From positions 1,469,708 through 1,533,707 of the forward strand of contig NC_068999.1 in the NCBI RefSeq assembly GCF_001194135.2: 64,000 nt of DNA, read 5' to 3'. Within the stretch, counting starts at the first letter, position 1. Each line of letters opens with the position of its first letter. A program made the translations under genes and the position numbers. Positions 27,366 to 40,679 of this stretch are shown piece after piece. The notes beneath the pieces are model-generated. The model did not search any database. It worked only from the letters and a program-made list of their open reading frames with translations, and was not told the origin of the DNA. This stretch comes from Octopus bimaculoides. Lineage: Eukaryota.

Positions 27366-27725
27366 ATATTATTGACATTAATGGCAAGTGCCACGTCAAG
27401 TAAATTCACACATGTGTATTTAGCGGCCCGGTTTCGATTCTCAGTTGATAGCAATAAAACCCATTTTAGTGTCAACATCAGTTATCGTTCTCTTCTAAAT
27501 AATGCGAAGAAGTGGGTAGAATATTGACCCCGTCGGAGCTAGCAGAATTGTTTCTGGCTTTGTGCTAAAATTTTAAATCAATATTATTGACATTAATGGC
27601 AAATATCACAACCATAACATTTTTTACAAGTCTATTTAGCGATCTGGTTTCGATTCTCACTTGAGAGCAATCAATTCCATTTTAATGTCAACATTAGATA
27701 TCGTTTCCTCTCAAATAGTACGAAT
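27366..27725. repeat. Diverged tandem duplication (period about 215 bp); each unit bounded by TTGACATTAA/TTAATGTCAA inverted arms
   Basis: atattattgacattaatggcaa at 27366 and 27581. Downstream blocks (tatttagcg, ggtttcgattctca, ccatttta.tgtcaacat) are shared without indels. Confidence 0.85.
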
Positions 27726-28367
27726 ACGATAAATTATAGATCCTGAGGTAAATGGTTATGGCCTTGCATTACCAACAATTTGTTTAAGGCATGTTTTATC
27801 TAACCTTCGTTGTACTACCCTTGTCTTGTTGAATAGCCACGGGGTAGTAAATTAATATCCATGGCAACAGTTTGTATTGAATACCTGTGTTACTTTAATG
27901 GTTGTTGTTCTTGTTCTTGCGATATAAAAATAAACACCGGCTCAGCTGTGATCGTGCAGCTGTGATCCGCATTTGTCAAAGATGTTACAGACCCCTTTAT
28001 ATGGCTTCTGTTGGAACTCTTGCGATATGAGTGCAATGTTCAATGATATTTCTATCCTTTCCATATCACAACATGACGGCCCAGACGCCCCACCCCCACC
28101 CTCAACCCCTGTTTAAGACAAAGACCCCCGTAGTAATGCAATAAGTTTCGCATCTAGGTATAACTCTCTGCAGAGGGAATATAGCAACTTTACAAAATAT
28201 AAAAATAATTTGGCCAACACGTAATATATATTGTGACTATTTGCCAAATTTATAAATATATGTAAGCATATATGTATGTGGGTGTGTGATTTTGTGTGTG
28301 TTTGTGTGTGTTTGTGAGTGCGTATGCATGTAAATATACATACTTATGTACACAATTCATACGAATA

Positions 28368-28412
<45 letters not shown>

Positions 28413-29322
28413 NNNNNNNNNNNNNNNNNNNNNNNNNNNNNNNNNNNNNNNNNNNNNNNNNNNNNNNNNNNNNNNNNNNNNNNNNNNNNNNNNNNNNNNN
28501 NNNNNNNNNNNNNNNNNNNNNNNNNNNNNNNNNNNNNNNNNNNNNNNNNNNNNNNNNNNNNNNNNNNNNNNNNNNNNNNNNNNNNNNNNNNNNNNNNNNN
28601 NNNNNNNNNNNNNNNNNNNNNNNNNNNNNNNNNNNNNNNNNNNNNNNNNNNNNAGTGTGTGAGTGTGTGTATATGTATGTATATATATGTAGCTCTCACT
28701 CTCTTTTCATGCGTATATATGTGTGTGTATGTGTAGCTGTACGCGCGTACCTATGTGCGTGTGTGTATCCATGTATATAAACACTCACTGTGTAAGAAGA
28801 GTCTCAGTCTATAGACCTATATGTACGTATATAAACGAGTGTGTGGTTCTGAGCGTGGGATTATGTATACGTATATATATGTATGTGTATGCGTGTGAGT
28901 GTACAATTTGCGTGCAAACGTCTCCGTTGTCAATTAAATCTATATTAATATCTAAACAGTAAATGTTCCAAGAGTATCTTTAGCAATATTTTCTCGTGTA
29001 CACAACAATGCATGAGTAATTATAGCATAAAATAGGAAGACGAAAACTTGGTAGTGAAAATTCTGTGTGCTTTAGTGTGTGCGAGGGGCCGCCTGTATAT
29101 GTGTTGTTAGTTATGTGTAGAGGGAGGGGAAAAGGGGAGGAGCGAGAGTGAGTGAAAGAGAGAAGGAGAAACAGAGAAAGAAAGACAAGAATGAGCGATA
29201 AATAATTTTTTGAAACAGAGCTTTTGATACTTAATATACATACATATAAATATACAAGCACACTCACACACACGCAGAAACAAACACACTCTCACACACA
29301 TACACACTCACACACATACATG

Positions 29323-29374
<52 letters not shown>

Positions 29375-29820
29375 TGTGGGTGTGTTTGCAAACGAACAAA
29401 CAAGCTCTTAATGTTCCACGTAGAGTTTATTTTGCCTTCATCTAGGAAACGATTCAAATTCTCATTAGTTAAATCTCACTGAATTTAGAAAACAAGACTC
29501 TCTTAATCAATCGGAAGCCTGCTTGCAGTTAAAATGATTCCCTCAACTATTGTGTACGATTACTTCGCATTGCAAGATAAGTAAGTCTCGTTCTCATTGG
29601 TTGTTTCACATCAAGGGCTGCTGTTGGAAGATAGCTACTTCTGTTTGTTCAAAATCAGACGATGAATGCTAATGACTGTTAGGCACTATAAAGGCAAATT
29701 TCCTTAATAGGGAACCACATGGGTTCCTACTGAAGGATTATGTGCGGAAGCAGTGTCCCTAATTTTCAGTATACTCTCTCTGCGGAATCCATTGTTTCTG
29801 CTATATATAAATATATTGGT

Positions 29821-30052
29821 TGGGGTGTTTCAATTTCTAGACCTGATGGTGCGTTGTGTTCTTGAGCAAAACACTTCATCTCATGTTGCTCTACGATCAG
29901 CTGACGTGTGATACATCACACACGTGTTCAGACAACGTCGATGATTTAATGGAAGGGATGAGCTAATGTACAGCACACACATTTGATGACTATAAACAAA
30001 TTTGTGTAGATCGTTCGGAAAAAAACGCTGAACACTCATATGTCATCTAAGA
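29821..30052 (+). mobile_element. SINE family D (CORE-like ttgtgttcttgagcaaaacact block)
   Basis: Central block resembles the conserved tgtccttgagcaagacactt SINE domain; the 3' part matches 13105-13195. Confidence 0.65.
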
Positions 30053-30098
30053 CATCCATTACACACACACATATACGCACACACACACACACACATAC

Positions 30099-30129
<31 letters not shown>

Positions 30130-30301
30130 GTTATATATATATATATATATACGTGTGTTCGTGTGTAGTGTATGTACAGACAAGAGTGTCAGCATAGTAC
30201 TCAATACCATGCAACGAGTGCGTTTTGTGGTTATTTTACCGACCACCACACTGACTAGGGTTAACACAAATACATATACACACCGGTGCACATGGACACA
30301 C

Positions 30302-30344
<43 letters not shown>

Positions 30345-30931
30345 ATTATATACACACAGTATATTTACACACAATATTATAATACTTAATAATAAATATA
30401 CATAAAGGGAGAGAGAGAAAAGGAGAGGAACACGAATAGTCAGTGTGATAGTTAAAAAGAGAAACTGAACATAAATAGGTGGGATGTTAGCAAAGAATAA
30501 ACGAATAGAAGAATAGACCAGGAAGAATAAGCGTTTGTAGAAAGGATGAACTTTATTTGTTTCAGTTGAATAAGAGAACAAGAAGATAAAACGAAGATGA
30601 ACAGAGACGGAACGGAATATATAAGACGTCTAACATATGACTTTGCCTTTCACTAAATATAATTAATTGCTATAAATAACCTATTAACGTTGTAATTAGA
30701 AAGAGCGGAATTTTCTTTCTTTTGCGGTTTCGCAATCAATCAGTCTTTCTTTGTGTGGGCGGAACGGAGAGCTTGGACGTATCTGAGTGTGTTTAGGTGT
30801 GAGTGTGTATTCAGGTGTGTGTATATGAATGTATGTATATATAAATATACTGTATATGTACGAGAGAGTAGGCATATTGTATATGTACACTCATCTGTAT
30901 ATACGTATGGGTATTTTTATTCTATTATTTA

Positions 30932-31070
30932 TTTCAGTCATTTGACTGCGGCCATACTGGAGTACCACCTTTAGTCGAACAAATCTACCCCAGTACTTAT
31001 TCTTTGTAAGCTTAGTAATTATTTTATCGGTATCTTTGGCCGAACCGCTCTGTTACGGGGGCATGAACAC
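30932..31070 (+). mobile_element. Short interspersed repeat, family C
   Basis: tttcagtcatttgactgcggccatactggagtaccacctttagtcgaacaaatctacccc...gccgaaccgc; homologous to 40345-40530 and 37950-38045 (rc). Confidence 0.8.
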
Positions 31071-32359
31071 TTGAAAATATCCGTCTCTTTAACGATACGT
31101 ACAGAAAAGTGCTTCCCATCCACCCCCACGCACACATAATAAATTAAGGACAGGTGTCAATCCATTACGCCCATTTCTAGCACAGGTTTCCCAAAAGGTG
31201 TCCATTGTTGTTCTTCCTCTCACTACTACAGCAGCTGCTACGATATATATTAAATGACAAATCATTCTGTTTTTCTGGTCATATTGGGGTTCAGATAATT
31301 ACACGTTCGCTAGGAGAATGTTAATGTGCCTTCACCTACACATGCCTCTATGCATGTGGGTATATCGGTTTTATTGTATTCTTGTAGTTCACTTGCTTGT
31401 CAATATATTTTCCTGCTCATATACATGTAAAAACCACTTACTCATTCCCTAAATCTAGTTAAACCCAGTGGCGTCTAAACAAACACGTCCCTACAAATAA
31501 TGTCTCGGATTTATTTAAACGCGAAGAAATGCGAAACTTATTTCAAATTACAAGATTACATACTATGTTATATATCTTACAGAGATATAGTAACACAGAA
31601 CACAATAGCACCACATGTTGCCATGATTTTCCCATTTAATACGTGAAAAAAATGGCGGTAAAGTTAATTAAATCGCTGCATTCTTGTACGAGAACTGATT
31701 AACAAATCTCGATGGTTGTAAGGTGGAGAAATCAGTTATTTCTTTTTTTAGTGTTATTATTCATAGTTAACTGCTTATGTGATTCGAGTGCACTGTAATT
31801 ATATCGCTGTAGGTGTAATAGGAACTTCACGTTATCGATTGAAATACGAAAAGAAGCAGGACGGAGAAAAAACTCGTGATAACTGGATGAGGAAATAAAT
31901 GTGTAAATGTGGAATTAGGGAGGTGGATATCGGGGTGTGTATGTATGTATGTATGTATGTATGTAGGTAGGTAGGTAGGTAGGTAGGTAGATAGGTAGGT
32001 AGGTATGTGGGTAGGCAGGTAGAAAGGTAGGAAGGTTGGTAGGTAGAAAGGTAGGAAGGTAGGTATGTATATGGATATGTAGGTAGGTAGTTGGGTCGGT
32101 TATTGGGTACATAAATAATACACCATTTATGTATCTATATGTATGTACGTATGTACTATGTACCCACATGTGCCTACGCGCATAGGTTCATGCAGGTGAA
32201 GGTCGATTCATATGAAAAAGCAAATGAACAAAATAATACGACCATTTGTTTATCGGGAAATTTTTTTATGCTAATGAGTATTTCTGCTGTTTTCCAGTAA
32301 TTTTACAAAGAAAAAGACGAGTGATTGCAATATCCTGCTTTCACTTACACACAATCGTT

Positions 32360-32570
32360 TCAAAATTTTAGCACAAGGTCAGCAATTTCGGAGGGAGAGG
32401 ATAAGTCGATTACAGCGACCCCAGTGTTCAACTCGTACTTATTTTATTGACCTGAAAGGACGCAAGTCTAAGTCGACCTTGGCGTAATCTTAACTCAGAA
32501 CGTAAAGCCGGAAAAGACACTAGTGAAAGTTTTGTCCGGCTTGCTAACTAATCTGCCAGGTTGCTGCTCT
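32360..32570 (-). mobile_element. SINE family A
   Basis: ttagcacaaggtcagcaatt...aagtcgattacagcgaccccagtg...aagtcgaccttggcg...aactcagaacgtaaag is the reverse complement of family A. Confidence 0.85.
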
Positions 32571-32589
32571 CAAATGGCTCGAAATGCGA

Positions 32590-32692
32590 AATGGCAGCAT
32601 TATATGACAAATGAATTGCATTTATGGAGACCTGACGAAAATTAGCGAGAAGATCACACAGAGACGGCTGCGGTTATTTGACCACTTACGAT
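32590..32692 (+). mobile_element. RTE-clade LINE relic
   Basis: With one frameshift reads WQHYMTNE..YGDLTKISEKITQRRLRLFDHLR, resembling the RTE W...TNE.LYG.LP.IS..I..RRLR..GH motif. Confidence 0.55.
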
Positions 32693-32783
32693 TAGAGGCT
32701 GAGAAGGGAAGCAGGTAGAATTTGTTGCCGTAATAATAAGTACTATTCCGAAGGTCTGATTTTCCCGTTTCCAGTAAGGGCTG

Positions 32784-34061
32784 GTGGGGGCACAATGAGG
32801 AAACATTTACTTCATTTTTAACTTTGAGGAAGGAATATTTTTATAGATATTAACTATCTAACAAAAACTACGTCAGCTCAGCAAATTACCTTCTCTAAAT
32901 GCATTAAAAATCACTACAACATATTCAGAACACCAATTCAGAAAATTATTTCCGTTCTCTTATAAAAAACAAATTTAGATGAGTCAAAATGAGTATGGCA
33001 AGGTAAGGTAAATTTACCTCTTCAATTCTCCTGAATTACATTTGAAAAATAACTCATACACATCAATATCGAGATGAAATGAAACGGAATATGAAATTAA
33101 CAAAACTTGACTAAATCAAAAAAATCAACAGAAAATATTCTCCGAGGCTTCTTCAAAATCTGCTGAAATGGTTTTCTACAGAATTCTAGTTTAAGCATCT
33201 CATATAACCCCTCATAACTTTTGAATGTTTTGGCATTCTCAGAACACACGAGAATTCATACAACTATAAAAAAAATTGTTTTCAATTTTCCGTTTTTGTC
33301 ATTTTTTATCACAGACAGTCCAAAATTTTTACTTCAATCCTAGCAATAGACTATTAAACATGTTTATGGGGAGAAAGATATAAAAAAAAAATCGCCATGT
33401 CAGAATGGAAAAGATACAAGGAGAGTATCAGGTGGTCGTGAGATGTGCTAAAGATAACAGCTACATAGCCCTTAAATCAGACACAAAAACTTCGTTTTTT
33501 TTTCAAAAATAGTTGTACGAAATCCTATGTACAGAATACAAATTCGCAAAACTTTCCAGAAAATTGCTAAAACTAGAAATATTTATGAGATGTTATGTGG
33601 AGTGCTTAAAGCAGAATTCCACCAGGTTCTCTTCCTGATACATTTATGCTACCTGAAGTTAAAGAAAAGAGATTAGTGAAGTTCGTCATTACTCATTTTG
33701 CCCCAGTTTGGACATCAGTTTTTGAAAATTGAAAATTATCAAATTAGACATTTGTGTGGGGGAAAATTAACTTGAAACCCAACAAAGGAAATAATTCGGA
33801 TTGCTGAACATCCATAATTATCTAGATATTTTATTAGCCCCCCACAATTACATATGGGACAAATTTAAGGGAAAATTTCTTGAAAATAAAGTACGTGATG
33901 GTTTCAAACTGATTCAACTGTAATAGCAACAATGGTGCCCGATTTTTACTCCGAAAGATGATGCAAAAGTACAAAATGGTGACGCAATACTTGCAATGTA
34001 ATGTTTTCAGATAAGTAATGAGAAAAGAATGAGAAATCGTTAATAACTCATTTTGCCCCAC
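32784..34061. mobile_element. Candidate non-autonomous DNA transposon bounded by GGGGCAAAATGAG-type inverted repeats
   Basis: Left ggggcacaatgaggaa (32787-32802) matches 14/16 to the reverse complement of ttactcattttgcccc (33689-33704). A second right copy taactcattttgccccac lies at 34044-34061 and an internal direct copy caaaatgagta at 32985-32995. Confidence 0.4.
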
Positions 34062-37000
34062 TTCCCTGTAGTTATTTCAAGCATTTAACAAAATGAAAAT
34101 TATTGAAAAAGAAAGAAAAAGATTCGATTTAATGAAAATATGTGAACATGAAAGGATCTTTGTGGTTATCGTCAGTGTCTGAAATTTTAATTTAATTGTT
34201 TTCAAATTTGGTATATAGATTAAGCTTTATATGCCAATTATGAAAAAGAAATTCATTTTCCCTCTAAATTCATAATTAAAAAGTTATTACCTTTAAAATT
34301 TGCAAAATTTAGGTAATTAGCCAATCAACAGTAGACATGACGTCATCATCAATGCGATATTGATTCTCAAGCAAATTTTTTTCCCATGTTTGGGGAACAG
34401 ATTATCTTGAGAAAAGGCCAAGTCAATCACTCACGTTGAAATCAAGAATTTGTGTGCTGCAGAAGCGTTCTTGGGCGTTTAATCTTGAAAGGCTTTCGTG
34501 GCCGCTTCAGCAATATTACTCTCCATTGATTGTGTGACCATTTAGAAGATAGTCAATAAACACGATATGCCTTTTGCATCCCCCAAAAACTAAAACCAGG
34601 TCCATCGCCTTCCCTGCAGATGAAACAGTCAGATGCCAGATGATTGTTTTTCGTTACACCCTCTTTCTCTCTCTCTCTCTTTTTCTATTTCTCACTCTCT
34701 CTCCTTCTCTTTCTCTCTGTATATATATTTATATACATATACATATACACACACATACACACACACATACATACATACATATATATATAAATACACATAC
34801 ATACATACATATGTATAATGCATATATGTTTAGGTGAAAATTGCGTTATAACTATTTATATATGTTTTAGTATGGTGTTGGAATGGCTGCCATGTTTTGG
34901 TGTTTTTGTAATGACGTATTTCGACGTTGCTCGTTTTCCTACTAATTATTTTACTAACAGTAGAGCTATCAGTAATTGAAATAGTCTTAGTAGCTGTGCT
35001 GGTGGTGGTGGTTTTGGTGGCGAGGGTGTTAGCGGCGCTAGTAACGAATAATATATGCTAATATTGCAAAATCTTGCTGTCGCCGAATGAAGTAAATTTG
35101 ACACAAAGCGATTTGAAATTTAATAAACTCCAAGACTACGATACACACGCGCGCAGACGCTCACAAGCAAACACACACACACATACACATATGTCTACAC
35201 ACCTACACACACATTTACATACATACTCACGCATAATAAAATTGGGAAATATAATAAAAGAAGGCTGTCAGCATAGGTGTAAGCACATGATGCCGCGCTT
35301 AGTATTATATTTGCTTTTAATGAGATGGATGTATGGTTACTGTAAGGATATTTGGTGAATGAGGGCTCGACACGATGCCTCTTGATGTATGTTTCCAATG
35401 TTTACACTCAAAGTTCAAATCACACAGAGGCCAAATTTGATTTTGTCACTTCGGGTTTGAAAAACAAAAAACAGTCGATTACTAGTGCCAGTTCTTGGCC
35501 GTTTTTATTTACTCCCTCTCTCTTTCTCTCGTACTCTTTTTCGCTCCCTCTCTCTCTCACTCTCCCCCTCTCTCTCTTATTCTCTCGCTCGCTCTTTCTG
35601 AACTTAACTATTGAAGGGACTGTGTCCGTCCAGCTTATTTATGCATCCGAGAAATATATTCTCTTAGAATAAGGAACAGTTTGGAAGCAGCGCCTCTGCG
35701 CGCCCAGTAATAATTCTGCTTTCATCGAATGGAATGAAAAAGGGGCGACATTTACAAATGAATATTGATGTAATCACAGATGACTCGAATAAGAGTACTA
35801 AAGCCTGTTTTTGTTACGATGTACTGGTTTCAACCCATACACATACATACACACACACAACTTACACACTATATGCGTTATATATGTGTATCACCGTTTA
35901 TGCGTACGTGAGTATCTGTGCGCACGCGCAGGTTTGTAGGTTTGTGTGTGTGTGTGTGTGTCATATATGTATGTAAATGCGTAAGGAATACTTCTTAGTA
36001 TAAACGTGAGCTAAGTAAAAATGCGGAGAAGAAAAACCTATAGTTGATAGACTTATTCTAACTGAGATTCATCTCTCGTCGACTTATCTCTGAAAAAGAA
36101 TGAATAATCACCAGAAAAAGCATAAATATTAACTTTAGTTTTGCGGGGATACAGCAAGGATAGATTTAATCATTGCAGTAAATATGAACTCGGAATGTCA
36201 ATACAACAAACCAAATTACGATAAAGAATCAGAATAAATGCTTTAAGGTCTCCATTTTCCTACGCATTTTCTGTTGTCAAGAGTAGCTTTGGTAATGCTT
36301 TGATCTCAATCTCTCAGCATCACAATATTGGCAACTGGCATTTTATATATGGACAACTAGATAAGGATATTGGTTTCCAAATTATCTTCTGGCTCTATCT
36401 GTGTTGATCACAAATCCATAATCCCAATAATCATACATAAATGCTACATTTCTACACAATCGTCACAGTCACCATCATCACCACCACTTTCAGGCAGCTG
36501 TGAAACATAACGAGTATGTTGTTACGGCGAAGCTGATTGGTGAATTCTGCTTTAGGCATCGGATACAATACAGCATCAGTGTTAGGATGTATCGCTTGTA
36601 CATCGTATTTTCACGAGAATATTTATTGCTCACGTGTGGCTTGTATTATTTGCAAACAATTCATGAACCTATAACCTATAAGTGCTTGCGTTGTTGTTGT
36701 TATTGTTGTTGTTGTTACTGCTGCTGCTGCTGCTGCTGCTGTCGTTGTTGTGGTCGTTGTTTAGCTGCAGGTCATTGATTGCATCGTAAAGCATTTAAAA
36801 CACGACCCACTGGTCTTACGTTTTTGATTATTACAATATATGTTTTCCTCCATTTAAAAAAGACATCTTGTAAATATTAATAATTGTCACTAATAAGATA
36901 TATAAATATTTTTTTTTTCATATTGCAACAGATCACCTCAGAATAGATCCAAAGGAAAGATTCTGGTGTGTCGTTAAATAACAAATAAGTAAGTATATTC

Positions 37001-37337
37001 CATCATATATATATATTGCATCAATGTATATACCACGCGTCCTTCTGCTAAAAAAGATAAATTGGAAGGTTTCGAAGGATCAGAGGGATAATTTTTTCCA
37101 TCAATGATAGTCAAGTAAAATCGATAGCTAAGCCTCTGATCTCAGCAATGCGGTAATGATAAATAAGAATAAAAAAGAATGGTAAACAAGGCATATACCT
37201 TATTGATTTTTTACTTAAGTCAGATGGTATTACCCAATAGAATATTGATATTGGTTATATTATCTAAGAATTCTGTTATTATTAAGAAAGGAAATTTGTT
37301 TTATGTTTTTCTCCATTAGTAGAAGGAACAGCACAAA

Positions 37338-37393
<56 letters not shown>

Positions 37394-37670
37394 TGGCATT
37401 TCATCACTTACGAGGACGAGTGTTTAAGTTGATCCAATTAATAGAATAGCCTGCTCATGAAATTAACGTGCAAGTGGTTGAATACTCCACAGACAGGCGT
37501 ACCATTACGACTGTTCTTCTGAAGGATATTCAGCGTGACACAGAATGTGGCAAGCCAGGCCTTTTGTACAACTTTTTGCCCGCTGAGTTGACTGCAGCAC
37601 TATGACATAAAATGTCTTGCTCAAGGATACAACGTGATTGAACTCACGACCTTCCAATCGACAGCCAACC
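37394..37670 (-). mobile_element. SINE family E (CORE/Ceph-type central domain), near full length
   Basis: Reverse complement reads gtcgtgagttcaatc (B-box)...gttgtatccttgagcaagaca...actcagc...ttctgtgtcacgctgaat...gcacgttaatttcatgagcaggct; this is tRNA-head plus conserved-domain SINE architecture. Confidence 0.75.
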
Positions 37671-37783
37671 ATACACACACACACATACATGCACGCCAGA
37701 ACTGATACATGCACACAGACACACACACAAACATAAACGTGTGGCAGCACTGATACATACATTCATACACATACAAGTATATA

Positions 37784-37803
37784 TCATCATTATCATCATC
37801 ATC

Positions 37804-37863
<60 letters not shown>
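37784..37863. repeat. (CAT)n microsatellite
   Basis: Directly visible. Confidence 0.95.
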
Positions 37864-37866
<3 letters not shown>

Positions 37867-37949
37867 TTGTGTCTATTGCACGGATCAATGTCTCTCGTAC
37901 TCTCCAGTCTGTTCGGTCCACCAAAGCACCAGGTTTGAAAAAACAAAAA

Positions 37950-38045
37950 CGTAAGTCTTGGAGTCGATTCATTCGACTAAAAATTGTTCAAATCGGTGTC
38001 CCAGCATGGCCAGAGTCTAAGGACTCTTAAATAAGTAAACGGTGA
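37950..38045 (-). mobile_element. Family C repeat fragment
   Basis: agtcttggagtcgattcattcgactaaaa...cggtgtcccagcatggcc is the reverse complement of the family C start. Confidence 0.7.
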
Positions 38046-38940
38046 AAGACAACTGAAAGGAACCGAAATGTGTAGCAAAAATATCTTTCGTTGTTGTCAT
38101 ATTTGGATATAATGTGGTTTCGTGAAGATAAAACAGTCCATATTGGTCCGATCTCGTAAACTGTGATATCAAACCAATCAATGCAGGGAAGGTGTAATTA
38201 TTGCCATCACAATCACAGTTTTACATTATGATCTCAGATAAAACAACCCGGAGCTAATGAAGGGTAAATGGTTAGACACGATTTGATCCTAGGTTTTATT
38301 GTTATGGATACTATTAACATCATTGTTGCTGTTGTTGTTGTTGTTGTTAGGTAACGTTTTTATCGTTATTCAGTTCACGTTGCGCCGAGATCAATTTTAT
38401 TTCAAGTAAAGCCGAACGGATGTTGATTAAATGTTGGAAATATGGCGTGCACACAAATTTTAACGACTTTAATTCCTGACAATTCTAATTTCAGTCTAAA
38501 GAAACATATAAAAACCAATCAATCGAGTAACTGCTACTAAATGTTGCCAGAGTAATAACTTCCAGCAGACGTTGATGAAGTAATAAACCATTTGGTTAAT
38601 TATATTCTCCATGAAAAACTCATGAAAAGCCCCGATATTGGAAACGAAGCATTCATAAACGTTGACCTTATGTCAGTTTCTATTATCCGTTTCATCCCTC
38701 TCAACAATGAACAATATCTCAGCTATCAACACAACAGCAAATAAAATCATTGACAGTAGTCAACTATTTTTACAGGATATATTCCCAACCCAAACAATCA
38801 CCGAGGGAAGACAATCATTGTCTGTTCAACAAGAGATAAAAAAAAAAAATGGTGGCGGGCGAAATCATTCATCATTCATTTTCCGTTTGTTTGCAAAATC
38901 TTTTACTTTTTTTTATATCTTTTTTTCTTTTTGCTTATAG

Positions 38941-38990
38941 TGTATCAGCCATATTTAACATTCGAGAAATGTCATCGACTGTCACTTCCG
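38941..38990 (+). CDS. Candidate internal exon (50 nt), product unknown
   Basis: About 60-nt pyrimidine-rich AG-free tract ending ttgcttatAG; donor CCG|GTATGG. Two frames are open (YQPYLTFEKCHRLSLP or VSAIFNIREMSSTVTS). Confidence 0.3.
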
Positions 38991-40344
38991 GTATGGCTGA
39001 TGATTGTTAGAGTGTTTGTATGTGAAGTGCTAAAGCAATTGAATTAACAGTTCAATGGATTTGTATTAATACCATCAGCAGCCTGTCGCCATTATGAAGT
39101 GAAAGAGTCACATTTTTCATTAACTCAGGTAGAAATAATAACCACGATGATGTATATGCGTCCCTGAATCGCCGCTGACAAACGCTATTATCTCTCAACC
39201 CACTCAACTAATATCTCTGATCGTCTGTTTCTTCTGTCGCTTGTTATTAAAATATTAACTGACAACTTGTGTGAGTTTATTAATTATTTTAATTTAGTAG
39301 AGTGATGGTAGAAGATACAGGCGAATACAAGGGTCCTCAAAAGACAATGTATCACTTTGAGTGAGATGATGCTCAGCGATAAGACCTAACTAAACCACAT
39401 TCACTGATTTTTGTATATTTTTGTAACATTCAGGAGAGTAAATTTGTTCATTCCAATATCGCTGCCTTTCTCTGGACCGAATAGTGACTAGTAAAAAGAA
39501 ATGGGTTCTCTATAAAAATGTCAAACGCCGAAGACAGTGGGGGAGGGACAGAAGAAAAACCGGCGACCCAGGCTTAAGAAGGTATTCACCCACGTAAGGG
39601 GTTGTTATCTGTTTGATGGGATATGGAAGTTTATATGCAAACCATAATTGCCATTACTCGTTCGTTATGACCCGGGGTAGTGAGCATCAGGTCCCCATGA
39701 ATGGGTTCAGTAGATTTTCTAAACGTTGAGGACGCTCCCGCCAGTTTGTTTAAGCCGTGTGCAAGTCAGAATAGTACCAGTCATTGTAACGTAAAATGGT
39801 CGACCGAGAGAGTGTCAAAGTGCTATATAAGCTGTTCTCACTTAACTCCAGTGACCTACAGATGCTTCGCTATCATTTCACTTCTTTGTCTATTTCGTAT
39901 TTATGAATTCCTAAAGCGTGAAAAGTCATATCCGCCGAAATGCACAGATGAAAACCAGAACAATCTGATTGATGAAAATCAGAACAATGGGAGATGGTTA
40001 TCGTTACACAAAACGAGGCAATTATGTGCAAATCAACGATACAGGACACAATATTATGTAGAGTAAGAACAATATCAGCAGAATTTGCTTTGCTTTTTCG
40101 ACTGTTCTGTGGTACAAATATTGGATAAACTCTATCAAAGCAAGTGAAAGGTTAGCTGCTGTTTGAAATGCAGCATCAACACGAAACTCAAACTAAACGA
40201 TTGTCGGAGATTCTTGTTTTTATATAAGGACGAATTGTATGTGTGTGTTTATGGATTAGAAGCTTGTCTAAATTATCTGTATTAAATAGAATCTTATACT
40301 TTGAATTCAGACTAATCGTGTCTTTGTTACATAATATTTCATCT

Positions 40345-40530
40345 TTCTTCTATCGGTTTTTTGTTTCAGTCATTAGACTGTGGCCATGCTGGAGTACAGC
40401 CTTGAAGAAATTTTAGTTGAATGAATCAACCCCTGCACGTATTATCTTTTTACAGAGCTTATCAATTATTGTAACGGACTCTTTTCCCAAACTGCTACGG
40501 GTAAGTAAACAGACCAACACAGGTATAAAA
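40345..40530 (+). mobile_element. Family C repeat
   Basis: tttcagtcattagactgtggccatgctggagtacagccttgaag... homologous to 30932-31070. Confidence 0.75.
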
Positions 40531-40554
40531 CACACACACACATGCTCTCCCTCC

Positions 40555-40611
<57 letters not shown>

Positions 40612-40679
40612 ACACATATATAGTTCACATTTACAGAAAACAAACGACGAAGCCAGGTGTAAGAAAAACAAAAGGCATA

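Noticed and set aside
39518-39577. MSNAEDSGGGTEEKPATQA* short ORF
   Set aside because: Stops at codon 20 with no donor before the stop.
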